A stretch of 64,000 bases of DNA from a virus. The notes under the pieces are model-generated. The model searched no databases. It was not told the origin of the DNA and saw nothing but the letters and a program-made list of their open reading frames with translations. The DNA lies in the IMG/VR virus record IMGVR_UViG_3300028394_002659; one strand, written 5' to 3'. Below are positions 45,698 to 53,974 of this stretch, piece by piece; positions within the stretch are counted from its first letter, which is position 1, and every line of letters starts with the position of its first letter. The translations under genes and the position numbers were made by a program.

Positions 45698-46670
45698 AGT
45701 GTCGAGTTTGTCTAATGCGTTTTACTAAATCAGGTGTGAAGAAATATTTGGTTTTGACATAAGTCATTTGAGACTTGTGCTTTAATGCCTCAGTGTCTTG
45801 CTTAGAGATTTCAGTAATGGTAATACCATTCTTAACGGCATTGGCTTCGAATGTTTCACCATCTTGAATGCTCCATTCACGCTCTTTGCGTGATGCCACC
45901 AGTGCAGCCTGACTAAATGCTTGCTGTTGTTGGTCAGTCAATGAATCCCAAAACTTGTTGCTGACCACAATAGTGGTCATGAACATGGAATGATTGGTTT
46001 TGAGCACATGTTTGCCGTTGAATCGTAGATAGGTCGTTTCCACAGCATCGGCTTCACCTTTGCCTATCAAGTCGTATTTGTTCCAAAGGCATGGTTTTAT
46101 CGGAATTGCTTTTCCGCCCATGCTTTCAATAGTGGTGCCTAGTGTGATTGGGTTTTGAACAACAATGCGTTTGTTTTTCAACTCATCCAAAGTTAGGATA
46201 GGTTCGTCACTGCCAATCACACGATAGCCGCCGGAATAGGTAAATGCCAATCCAGTCACACCTGACTTCTGTCCCAGGTTGTAGCACAGTTCTTGACCTA
46301 TTGGGCCTTCTAATGTTTCGCTCACATGATCGTGATTGTCAAATATAAATGGCATGTCCAGAGCATGGAAATCAGAGTATAATTCTCCAACTTGTCCAAC
46401 TTGGATTTGGCTCATTTCTATTTCACTATCGAACAGTGCTTGCCAAAAACTCTTGATAGCGGCGTCAATGTCAACATCGGCTTGATCAAGGATTTCTAGG
46501 TTGGGAATAGAACGATATTTTTCGCGATATTCTGGATAGGTTAAAATTTCAACTTCTAGTTCACCGGCACAAGTTTTATTGAGTTCTTCGCTGAATGCTC
46601 GAGCGGTACGCACAAATAACTCTTGTGGCTGATGTGCAATAAGCCATCTGATTTTACGGGGTTTTGACAT
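45696..46670 (-). CDS. TRAP transporter DctP-like solute-binding protein, no signal peptide
   Basis: LDMPFIFDNHDH, L.GPIGQEL, GGYR, W.SLT..QQ.AF..AA. Confidence 0.8.
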   Translation of the reverse strand: MSKPRKIRWLIAHQPQELFVRTARAFSEELNKTCAGELEVEILTYPEYREKYRSIPNLEILDQADVDIDAAIKSFWQALFDSEIEMSQIQVGQVGELYSDFHALDMPFIFDNHDHVSETLEGPIGQELCYNLGQKSGVTGLAFTYSGGYRVIGSDEPILTLDELKNKRIVVQNPITLGTTIESMGGKAIPIKPCLWNKYDLIGKGEADAVETTYLRFNGKHVLKTNHSMFMTTIVVSNKFWDSLTDQQQQAFSQAALVASRKEREWSIQDGETFEANAVKNGITITEISKQDTEALKHKSQMTYVKTKYFFTPDLVKRIRQTRH

Positions 46671-46704
46671 GTATATCTCCTAGGGGGTTTTGTACAATTA
46701 TTTA

Positions 46705-47226
46705 TCAAACATCATTCGAATCTTTTGGAATCCATCCCAATCGGAACAAATCCTCGCGTATTTGATCCGTTACAGTGCCTTCGGGCACATGCCCTAGATC
46801 TACCCAGTCCTCATCAGGCTCACCCTGTATGCCCGAGCAGTACCACTCAATGTAGTCGCCCGATTCGCGCATGTCAGCCACAATGCCGCCTGCATAGCGC
46901 CAACTGGCACTCCAGCGTTGATCCTTGAGCAAAGGCCAGACCTCGTTTTTCACAAACTCCATGTTACACATGGCCGCATACAAGTTCTGAGCGTAAGTTT
47001 TATTGCTCTTGACTTTGTCACAGATCCACGGGGTACTGCGCAAGTCGTATTCCATGTTGTTTTTTTGCCAGGCAGGATCGGCCATGCGTTCTTGATCCTG
47101 CTCACGCCGAGACTTGAACATATTCAAGTAATCCTCGCTGGGATTGTTACCTTCTTCCCGGCATCGGTCGATGTAACTTTGTTCTTGAAAGGTATGACGT
47201 TCGGGACTGGAATTTATTTTGGTCAT
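46705..47226 (-). CDS. Hypothetical protein
   Basis: YAQNLYAAMCN, WSASWR.AGG.VA, YCSG; start just after tRNA-Arg. Confidence 0.75.
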   Translation of the reverse strand: MTKINSSPERHTFQEQSYIDRCREEGNNPSEDYLNMFKSRREQDQERMADPAWQKNNMEYDLRSTPWICDKVKSNKTYAQNLYAAMCNMEFVKNEVWPLLKDQRWSASWRYAGGIVADMRESGDYIEWYCSGIQGEPDEDWVDLGHVPEGTVTDQIREDLFRLGWIPKDSNDV

Positions 47227-47232
47227 AGTATT

Positions 47233-47307
47233 TGGTCCGGCGTAGTGGAATCGAACCACTATTATCTCTTTAGAAGAAAGATGTCCTATCCGTTGAACGA
47301 ACGCCAG
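47233..47307 (-). tRNA. tRNA-Arg(TCT)
   Basis: Loop CTTCTAA; CCA. Confidence 0.93.
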
Positions 47308-47328
47308 CGAATGGTGCAAGTTGCTTTG

Positions 47329-47400
47329 TGGGACCTACTGGATTCGAACCAGTCCCTTAAGAATTATGAGTTCTCGGCACTACCTCTATGCTAAAGTCCC
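47329..47400 (-). tRNA. tRNA-Ile2/Met(CAT), CCA not encoded
   Basis: GGGACTT/AGGTCCC acceptor stem; loop CTCATAA. Confidence 0.85.
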
Positions 47401-47948
47401 ACAAAACAACCTTCACGGATTTGCTTTATTTCTTTTTCTTTGATTATACACAACTTTTCAGAAAATTGCGACCACTTTGATCGATCTCTATCCGTTTCAT
47501 ATCCTTTGACTTCAACATATAAGTCCTTAGACTCAATGTAAAAATCTGGATGATACCACCTATCACCATTCCAAACATATCTGAATGCCTTTGACGGTCT
47601 TTGTGGATTCAGTCCGGCTTCTTTTGCCCACATATAAAAATCAACTTCCCACTGCCCTTGTAGTGTTATTCCGTCAACTATTATTTGTTTGGTCCTGCCT
47701 CTATTTGATGAACTATACGATTCTGGGTTCTCCTGCACAGCACGTTTCATTGATTCTTGATGCTTGATTCTAAACTCAGGGTCGTTCCATTGTTTTTTGT
47801 TTTGAGCAATAGTAGACTGACGAATACGTTCTCTGCCTGCGTCCGTTAATCCTTCATGTATCCTATCTGGATTTTTCGGGCATCTGCGGACATGGTTAGA
47901 ATAACCAATTTTACTTGTAAACTCTTTCGAGCAATGTAGGCATATCAT
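47391..47948 (-). CDS. PD-(D/E)xK nuclease with zinc finger, putative free-standing homing endonuclease
   Basis: CLHC..H...C; YHPDFY..LYVEVKG. Confidence 0.7.
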   Translation of the reverse strand: MICLHCSKEFTSKIGYSNHVRRCPKNPDRIHEGLTDAGRERIRQSTIAQNKKQWNDPEFRIKHQESMKRAVQENPESYSSSNRGRTKQIIVDGITLQGQWEVDFYMWAKEAGLNPQRPSKAFRYVWNGDRWYHPDFYIESKDLYVEVKGYETDRDRSKWSQFSEKLCIIKEKEIKQIREGCFVGL

Positions 47949-47994
47949 AAAGCACTGGACTCCAATGCTTTTATTTATCAAAGTCCAGTGCTTT
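47949..47994 (-). promoter_or_regulatory. RBS-sequestering hairpin with late promoter in loop
   Basis: AAAGCACTGGACT..ATAAATA..GG-AGTCCAGTGCTTT-ATG. Confidence 0.7.
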
Positions 47995-47997
47995 TAC

Positions 47998-48378
47998 CTA
48001 TTTAGTGTCAACAGTGCCATCTGCCAAGTGGTCCTGTTTGATTTCCCGCACAGGATGCCCCAAGATAGTGGCAATGGAGTTTTTGTAAGCGATCCGCTTG
48101 TTGTTGAAATCGCGAATGGCAATTGCTCTACGACCAATCTCTTGTAGGCTCAACATCTGCTCCACTCCAGATTTCAGTTGCCACTCCAGATCCCAGATGG
48201 CATGGTGGATGTCAGTCATTGCTTGAATATCTGCATCCAGTTCTACACTTTGGGGGAGTTGGCGGAACTTGTCCTCGTACCAATCAAGTTCAACTTGATT
48301 TGCACCTTGAGTACGAGCATGTTTTACTCTGGCAATGCAGAGTCGATCGATCAGTTCTAATACCGGTAAGAATTCCAT
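47998..48378 (-). CDS. Hypothetical helical protein
   Basis: ELIDRLCI..K, IWDLE, N.KR...KN; promoter TTGACA-17-TATAAT at 48436-48408. Confidence 0.7.
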   Translation of the reverse strand: MEFLPVLELIDRLCIARVKHARTQGANQVELDWYEDKFRQLPQSVELDADIQAMTDIHHAIWDLEWQLKSGVEQMLSLQEIGRRAIAIRDFNNKRIAYKNSIATILGHPVREIKQDHLADGTVDTK

Positions 48379-48432
48379 ATACGGCCTTTCATGTTTTATG
48401 GATTCTTATTATATAATATTGCTAAGTTTTTG

Positions 48433-50379
48433 TCAAGCCCGGGGACGGTCCCATTGGCCACTTTGTTTCCATTCTAAGTGAAAATCAGTTGGTACCCCTT
48501 GCCATGGTTCACCTTGCATTCTTATATCAAAATCTGCTGACCATACGCCAGAGGCATTGATTTCAAAATCATACCTTGCCCATAATTTATGATCACCGCC
48601 GCGTGGATAACGAAGATAACCAAATTCTTCTAGGTCTAGTTCGGGATCAAATTCTAGATGAAATTGATAAGCACCCATGGCCAGCCAAGTCACACGCAAG
48701 AATGGCCATATCTCATTCACCAGGTGATTGGCAATGGGATTGATGTCGTCCTTGATTACGTAATAATCAAAGTCTTTTTCCCAGGGTATAGGATCAAGCC
48801 AGTTGGCAGGATCATATTCTATACTATAGTGATTTTCTAACGTAGGATATTGTTTGACAGGTTTTAACCACGGTGGTGTGTTGTGTAATCTAAATTGTTC
48901 TATCAAGATATTGGTCGTTTTCCAACGAATAAATCTAGTGAATCCGGTATTTTTGCCGTCGGTAGTAGCCCAGCCATAACACCAGTCTTGACCTTCGGGT
49001 CGGACCCCAAACCGTTCGCGTTCTAGTTCCAAAGGTGTGTTGTGCCCAAGGCCGCATGTGCCGGAACTCAGTCCGCCCATGCCTGATATACGTAATCGCC
49101 ATATCATGGTCATGGTTTGTGCTACATCGGTTAATTCTTCCCCAGGAAAACCAGTGAACCATGTGGCAAAATTATTTCTCAATTTGTTGTCATTTAGATC
49201 TTGAAAGTTTTGTTCAATCCACTCAACCTTGCAATTCTTTTTCATAAGATCCAACACTCGTTGTGACCCAGATTCAACACCAAATGCAAACCCACTAGCA
49301 CCTGCTTTTTGTAGCAGTCCCCAAAAGTCTCGATCCATTCTACCATCAATGCGAGCATATCCTTGCCATTTGATTTTAATTTCTCTATCAATTAACCCTA
49401 GTGCAAATGATTCCAATTCACGCAAATTGCCATTTAGTAAACTGTCAATAAACCATACTGATTTTGCATTTTGCTGTCGGTACACAATTTCAATTTCCTC
49501 TAACACTCGACTGGCCTGTCTTGAACGGTATTTCCAAAACACTGTTTCATTGCAGTACACACAATTGCTAGTGCAGCCACGACTGAATTCACAACTGATT
49601 CCTTGGCCATCGTATAAACTGATATCCATGTCAGAATAGTCAGCAGGCGGCATTGAATCAAGATCTATTTTTTGATCTTTACTTTGCACACAAAGTTGTG
49701 GAATTTCCTCTGTGGGATTTTCTAAGTTTTCAAGTATACGTACAAACCACAATTCGCCCTCGCCGCTGACCACATAGTCAATCGAGGTTGAATGAGTCAT
49801 TTTTAATTGAGTGGCATTGGCACCACCGATAATGATAATCACACCCGGGATAAGTCTTTTAAATTCTTGTGCCATCCACATGGTACATGTGTCATTGGTA
49901 TACCATGTGCTAAAACCAATTACTGTGGGTGCCCATTCTATAACCTGTGCCATGTATTTTCGTAGGGTTGGCTCAATAATAGGATGTACATTCTGACTGT
50001 AGTTTGGCTCAATCCACTTCCAATCTTCGTATGCTGTCCATAATTCTGGCACTCCAGCCTCATGTTTGGTCAAGATGTTGATATCCCAAACTCGTGTGGG
50101 CCATCCCCCGTGCTTGGACAATGCGCTCATTCTAGCAATACCGTAAGGTGGTGCTAGTTGTGTCCACTCGGGCGCAACAACAAGAGCCACACGATTTTGG
50201 CGTGTGGCATCTGTGTGCTGTACAACCTCAGTCAAGTTCTTTTGCTTGCGGCTTTCTAATCTAGGACGATTTTCTGCCATGTACATTTCAGTAAGAATCA
50301 CATGGGGGTCTTGTCCTAGATTTTGTGGCCGGGGATCAGGCGCTTGAACAGTCTGGATTGGAATTATTCTTTTTTCCAT
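48433..50379 (-). CDS. B12-binding domain radical SAM protein
   Basis: PPYGIA, IIIGG, GEGE, SRGCTSNCVYC, GVESGS, GFPGE. Confidence 0.92.
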   Translation of the reverse strand: MEKRIIPIQTVQAPDPRPQNLGQDPHVILTEMYMAENRPRLESRKQKNLTEVVQHTDATRQNRVALVVAPEWTQLAPPYGIARMSALSKHGGWPTRVWDINILTKHEAGVPELWTAYEDWKWIEPNYSQNVHPIIEPTLRKYMAQVIEWAPTVIGFSTWYTNDTCTMWMAQEFKRLIPGVIIIIGGANATQLKMTHSTSIDYVVSGEGELWFVRILENLENPTEEIPQLCVQSKDQKIDLDSMPPADYSDMDISLYDGQGISCEFSRGCTSNCVYCNETVFWKYRSRQASRVLEEIEIVYRQQNAKSVWFIDSLLNGNLRELESFALGLIDREIKIKWQGYARIDGRMDRDFWGLLQKAGASGFAFGVESGSQRVLDLMKKNCKVEWIEQNFQDLNDNKLRNNFATWFTGFPGEELTDVAQTMTMIWRLRISGMGGLSSGTCGLGHNTPLELERERFGVRPEGQDWCYGWATTDGKNTGFTRFIRWKTTNILIEQFRLHNTPPWLKPVKQYPTLENHYSIEYDPANWLDPIPWEKDFDYYVIKDDINPIANHLVNEIWPFLRVTWLAMGAYQFHLEFDPELDLEEFGYLRYPRGGDHKLWARYDFEINASGVWSADFDIRMQGEPWQGVPTDFHLEWKQSGQWDRPRA

Positions 50380-50405
50380 ACCAGTTACTTATGCTTACGT
50401 ATATG

Positions 50406-50714
50406 TCAAGCCCGGTACCAAATTATGTCTGATTTTATTTCAATAGTCTCTGCACCGTCGTGTTCTTTTATGATGAATTCCGTGCCCACAGGAAGCCACT
50501 CTATTTCTAAATCTCTCATGCCACCATCATAGATACCTGGGTATTTGAGTTTGACATATACGTCTAGTTCTTCCCATTTATTATGTTCGACCAATTCTAC
50601 TATAGCAGAGTCAAACAATAATTCTTCGGTGTCAGGATTCCACGAACTCCAGCCTGCACCATAGCCTGGCGATACTAGTACAGCCACCCGACCATCGCGG
50701 ATTAGTTTGTTCAT
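50406..50714 (-). CDS. Conserved phage hypothetical protein
   Basis: VAVLVSPGYGAGWSSW, EHDGAE. Confidence 0.75.
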   Translation of the reverse strand: MNKLIRDGRVAVLVSPGYGAGWSSWNPDTEELLFDSAIVELVEHNKWEELDVYVKLKYPGIYDGGMRDLEIEWLPVGTEFIIKEHDGAETIEIKSDIIWYRA

Positions 50715-50980
50715 TTCAAGTCGCCTCGGAGGGTATGCCATACCACAGGGTCACATCCAAGATAGATACGGTATTTTACATTGTTGCGCCAGCGTGTGAA
50801 TTCGTTGATCCGGCGTTCTACAAAATTAAACATTGAGTCACGAAACCAAAACGGATTTAGTATGGCCGCAATCATGGCTGTGGCCAGGGGTGGCATTAGC
50901 ACAGCCACGGTGAACCAATGAAACGCCATGGCACGATAGAATCGGCCACCCGCAGGTGTTAGTGTAATTTCTTTGTTCAT
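50711..50980 (-). CDS. Small membrane protein
   Basis: Hydrophobic segment; coupled. Confidence 0.6.
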   Translation of the reverse strand: MNKEITLTPAGGRFYRAMAFHWFTVAVLMPPLATAMIAAILNPFWFRDSMFNFVERRINEFTRWRNNVKYRIYLGCDPVVWHTLRGDLK

Positions 50981-51174
50981 TGCTGTACCTTTCTGCATTC
51001 AAACACGCCTGGGAACATTTTTTGTTCACGTACCAATTGATCCATGTATGTGACCATGGAAGTCCGGGTCTTTTCGCAGTCCGCTACGTCACGAAACTGA
51101 CTCATGCGCTCTATGTGAAAGCCCGGAAGCCCGGACTTGGCCACAACCAAAAATGTAAAGATTAGTTCGTACAT
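50977..51174 (-). CDS. Small two-Cys membrane/exported protein
   Basis: Same layout as 43282-43461. Confidence 0.6.
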   Translation of the reverse strand: MYELIFTFLVVAKSGLPGFHIERMSQFRDVADCEKTRTSMVTYMDQLVREQKMFPGVFECRKVQQ

Positions 51175-51176
51175 GG

Positions 51177-51359
51177 TTAGTCCATCAAACTGTGAAGTCT
51201 ATCTTCCCAGTAAAATTCATAACTTTGGCACTGCTCGGCTACTCGGCCCACAAGGCTGGCACGTTGTAGATAGGTGCGTGAAGCCTTTGCCGCTTCTAAT
51301 TTGGCAATCAATGCGTCAATGTCTGCGTTCATACGCTCGTCAAGTGGTGATAGTCTCAT
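51177..51359 (-). CDS. Hypothetical protein
   Basis: 60-aa ORF within operon. Confidence 0.55.
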   Translation of the reverse strand: MRLSPLDERMNADIDALIAKLEAAKASRTYLQRASLVGRVAEQCQSYEFYWEDRLHSLMD

Positions 51360-51450
51360 ATGTTTCTCTTTACATGTATCGGTTGATGAACCAAACTTTG
51401 ATCACAAAGGTAATGGCCAGGAATAAGAACATTTCAATCATGACGTTTCC

Positions 51451-51798
51451 TTAATCTAAACGGCTACCAGCGTAGGCTGTGAATCCGTATCGCTTGAACA
51501 CATCAGCCGCCGCTTGGGCACCTGCCTCCAGGGTGTCTACGTTTTGCACGTACATGTCTGCTGGGTTCCAAATTTGGAAGGCACCGGTGTGACTCTTGCT
51601 TACGCCTGCTTCTTTCAGTGCCTTACCAAGTTTGGTATTGCCTCGAACACCAAAGATGTCAACCCAGGCAAAGCCACAGGCAAACTGATCTCGTCCGCCA
51701 AGTTTTTCTTGGAAGAAACGTTCAGCGGCTTCGCGAGCGGCTGACTTGGCTTCGGCCACAATTGTGTCTACTTTGACACCGTTTACTGTTACTGTCAT
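51451..51798 (-). CDS. Conserved phage hypothetical protein
   Basis: CGFAWV..Q....E.GA.A.A....SRLD; SD AAGGAG; promoter 51829-51857. Confidence 0.75.
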   Translation of the reverse strand: MTVTVNGVKVDTIVAEAKSAAREAAERFFQEKLGGRDQFACGFAWVDIFGVRGNTKLGKALKEAGVSKSHTGAFQIWNPADMYVQNVDTLEAGAQAAADVFKRYGFTAYAGSRLD

Positions 51799-51846
51799 GG
51801 AGGGCTCCTTTTTAGTTTCTATACAAGTATTATAACAAATCGGTAA

Positions 51847-52194
51847 TTATTGGTCAACCGCTTTTGTACGCACATCTGTGTTGAGAGCAGGTGTATACTT
51901 TCGTATTAGTTCACGCTCTAGTGTGTGTGCCTGGGTCTTGCCACGTACAATGTCAACAATCGCAAAGTTCACAGCCGACTCACCAGCGGCACGAATTGCT
52001 TCGTACAGGCGCCAAGATTTGTCTTCTGTGCGTGAGCGATAAATGTGCTTGTTGATGCGTGAGCGCAGGCTCATGGTGATTGTGCGTTGAGTTTTTGCTG
52101 TAACACCAATGTAGTACTCCAAACCAATTTGGATGAAGTAAACAATGTGTGTACGGTCCACTCGTTTTTTGCGTGATTGCTTTTTAAGTTCCAT
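51847..52194 (-). CDS. GIY-YIG-like nuclease domain protein (leaderless)
   Basis: HIVYFI..YYIGVT..R...H..E..LI..LN; ATG 6 nt after TATAAT. Confidence 0.65.
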   Translation of the reverse strand: MELKKQSRKKRVDRTHIVYFIQIGLEYYIGVTAKTQRTITMSLRSRINKHIYRSRTEDKSWRLYEAIRAAGESAVNFAIVDIVRGKTQAHTLERELIRKYTPALNTDVRTKAVDQ

Positions 52195-52200
52195 ACATGT

Positions 52201-52292
52201 ATTATAACCGAAATTGCTTTTTTGGTCAACCGAAATCAACTACTACAAAAGTATTACTTTTTCAGGGTTACAAAAGTAATACTTTGGGTTAC
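52201..52292 (-). promoter_or_regulatory. sigma70 promoter with clustered degenerate palindromic boxes
   Basis: TTGACC-17-TATAAT; CTACTAC-AAAA-GTATTAC; GGGTTAC-AAAA-GTAATAC-TTTG-GGTTAC. Confidence 0.7.
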
Positions 52293-52295
52293 ATT

Positions 52296-52655
52296 TTATG
52301 TACGATCAAGATAGCGTAAAAACTTTTCCAAGTCGCCATACATGGCGTACATGATGGCCTGCTGACTGCCGAATATGATTAGTTTGGGAGTTTTACCCGC
52401 CTTGAGATAGTAGGGACAATCCAGTTTTCGATTCAAGGTCATAAGCAAACTAGGACTCAACACTTTTGTAAAATCAAATTCATATTGTTCGATGGACAAA
52501 AATCTAAAAGCATCATAGCCAGAGATGCTCAATCTCAATCCACCATCGTCACGTGGATCTTGCCACCATGCTTTGAGTGCTAGTTCAACGCCAAGCCGGT
52601 CATCTACTGGCAGTTGATTTAGCAGTTGTTGAGTGAGTTGTTTTTTATTTGACAT
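52296..52655 (-). CDS. Hypothetical protein
   Basis: GGLRLS..G, CPYY. Confidence 0.7.
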   Translation of the reverse strand: MSNKKQLTQQLLNQLPVDDRLGVELALKAWWQDPRDDGGLRLSISGYDAFRFLSIEQYEFDFTKVLSPSLLMTLNRKLDCPYYLKAGKTPKLIIFGSQQAIMYAMYGDLEKFLRYLDRT

Positions 52656-52941
52656 CGGGGTATACTTGCGCCCCCTGCGTCAAGAGCACGACTGTGAACT
52701 TGTCGGTCTTGAATTGTGTGTTGAGTTTACGTGCTAGGTTCTTGGCATGACCGGGATTGGAGAATGAAACCTTCTTGTACTTGGGGCCGGGGTACTGTGT
52801 GAGCATGTTGGAGGTCTTCAAGTTGATTGGTTTGGTATCAAAAAACACCGCCCACACTCCTTCGGAAGCCAACACTTGTTCGGTCTTGTAAGTTGCTTTG
52901 TCAGTGTGTTCAATCAACACATTTGGTTTGGGTCTCGACAT
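52645..52941 (-). CDS. Hypothetical protein
   Basis: ATAAATA and GGAG upstream; KYKKVSFSNPGHA. Confidence 0.75.
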   Translation of the reverse strand: MSRPKPNVLIEHTDKATYKTEQVLASEGVWAVFFDTKPINLKTSNMLTQYPGPKYKKVSFSNPGHAKNLARKLNTQFKTDKFTVVLLTQGAQVYPDVK

Positions 52942-52972
52942 GATTATCTCCGTAGTTTATTTATCCCAATAA

Positions 52973-53188
52973 CTACGTGGTTTTGAAACTGCCACCGCTC
53001 AATTCTACCGTAACAGTTTCTTCTTTTGGCTGTGTATTTCGGGTATGCAAGGACTCCAGTGTCAGTAATAGTTTTGTAATATCACTATGTAAATCTTTGG
53101 CTTCTCGCATGGTCATAGCAAAATCACGCTGACCGCGTGATTCATGTGCTTTGATGCTGTCTACAAATCTATTGATGTGTATACTCAT
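52973..53188 (-). CDS. Hypothetical protein
   Basis: MSIHINRF..ELSGGSF; coupled. Confidence 0.65.
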   Translation of the reverse strand: MSIHINRFVDSIKAHESRGQRDFAMTMREAKDLHSDITKLLLTLESLHTRNTQPKEETVTVELSGGSFKTT

Positions 53189-53541
53189 GACACAAAAGGT
53201 TCTAGGTTGGGTGGAGTCCAACCAGCGGGCTTGAGTACCTTGCCATCTTCACGTTTGCGTACTCGACCTGTTTGTTTATCAATTTTGGCAAAGTTAGTGC
53301 TCATGACTTCTTTCCAGGCACCTTCGGCATCTACACCAAGACTGTGTATGGCACCAACGGTCACAACCAGGATGTCAATCAATGCGTCGAGATCGTCTAC
53401 TTTGGTCGTACTGGCTATTAGTTCATTGAATTCTTCACTGATGAGATTACAATACAGTTGATATTGTTGTTCGTTAAAGTCGCCCACGGTTTGTTCGCAG
53501 GCTCGCATGAATTTTTCTTGATCACGAAACGGATTTGTCAC
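53185..53541 (-). CDS. MazG-like NTP pyrophosphohydrolase
   Basis: LISEEFNEL, DALIDILVV, REDGKVLKP. Confidence 0.85.
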   Translation of the reverse strand: MTNPFRDQEKFMRACEQTVGDFNEQQYQLYCNLISEEFNELIASTTKVDDLDALIDILVVTVGAIHSLGVDAEGAWKEVMSTNFAKIDKQTGRVRKREDGKVLKPAGWTPPNLEPFVS

Positions 53542-53974
53542 TTGCTTGTTCCTTGGTTTGAAAGGGACCTTGATATGCATAACGCTCCAAGGTAATAAGT
53601 TTAGGGTGCTGTACTGCTTTCCACTTGCGATGTTGTTTGACCCGGTACCAACCAGCGGCAAACCACGACTTAGATTTGTCTTCTCTAGTGAACAGTGGCA
53701 ATCGGTGTTTCACGTCCCACAACGGATTAAACACATCTCCCGCGACTTCATGTCCATAAACCATGTTTGGTGGCAATGGGGTTGCTGTTTCTGCCGGCTC
53801 AAATTGGATGTTAACCGCCTCTCGAGCCATCTTGATTGTTTTGTAACTGATTACACTGTCAAGAATTTTTATTGTACAGTTACCGTTCTCTTTTACTTCA
53901 AGTTGGCCAATCTTGCGATCATCCTTCTTGAGTATGTAATACTGATTGTCCACCACTGGTTTGGCTAATATCAT
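53522..53974 (-). CDS. Hypothetical protein
   Basis: LPLFT..KSKSWFAAGWY, PKLITL.RY..GPF. Confidence 0.75.
   Translation of the reverse strand: MILAKPVVDNQYYILKKDDRKIGQLEVKENGNCTIKILDSVISYKTIKMAREAVNIQFEPAETATPLPPNMVYGHEVAGDVFNPLWDVKHRLPLFTREDKSKSWFAAGWYRVKQHRKWKAVQHPKLITLERYAYQGPFQTKEQASDKSVS

Noticed and set aside
52240-52292. Short repeats as a CRISPR array or origin iterons
   Set aside because: Units are 7-nt half-sites with 4-nt gaps and no unique spacers; better explained as operator boxes.
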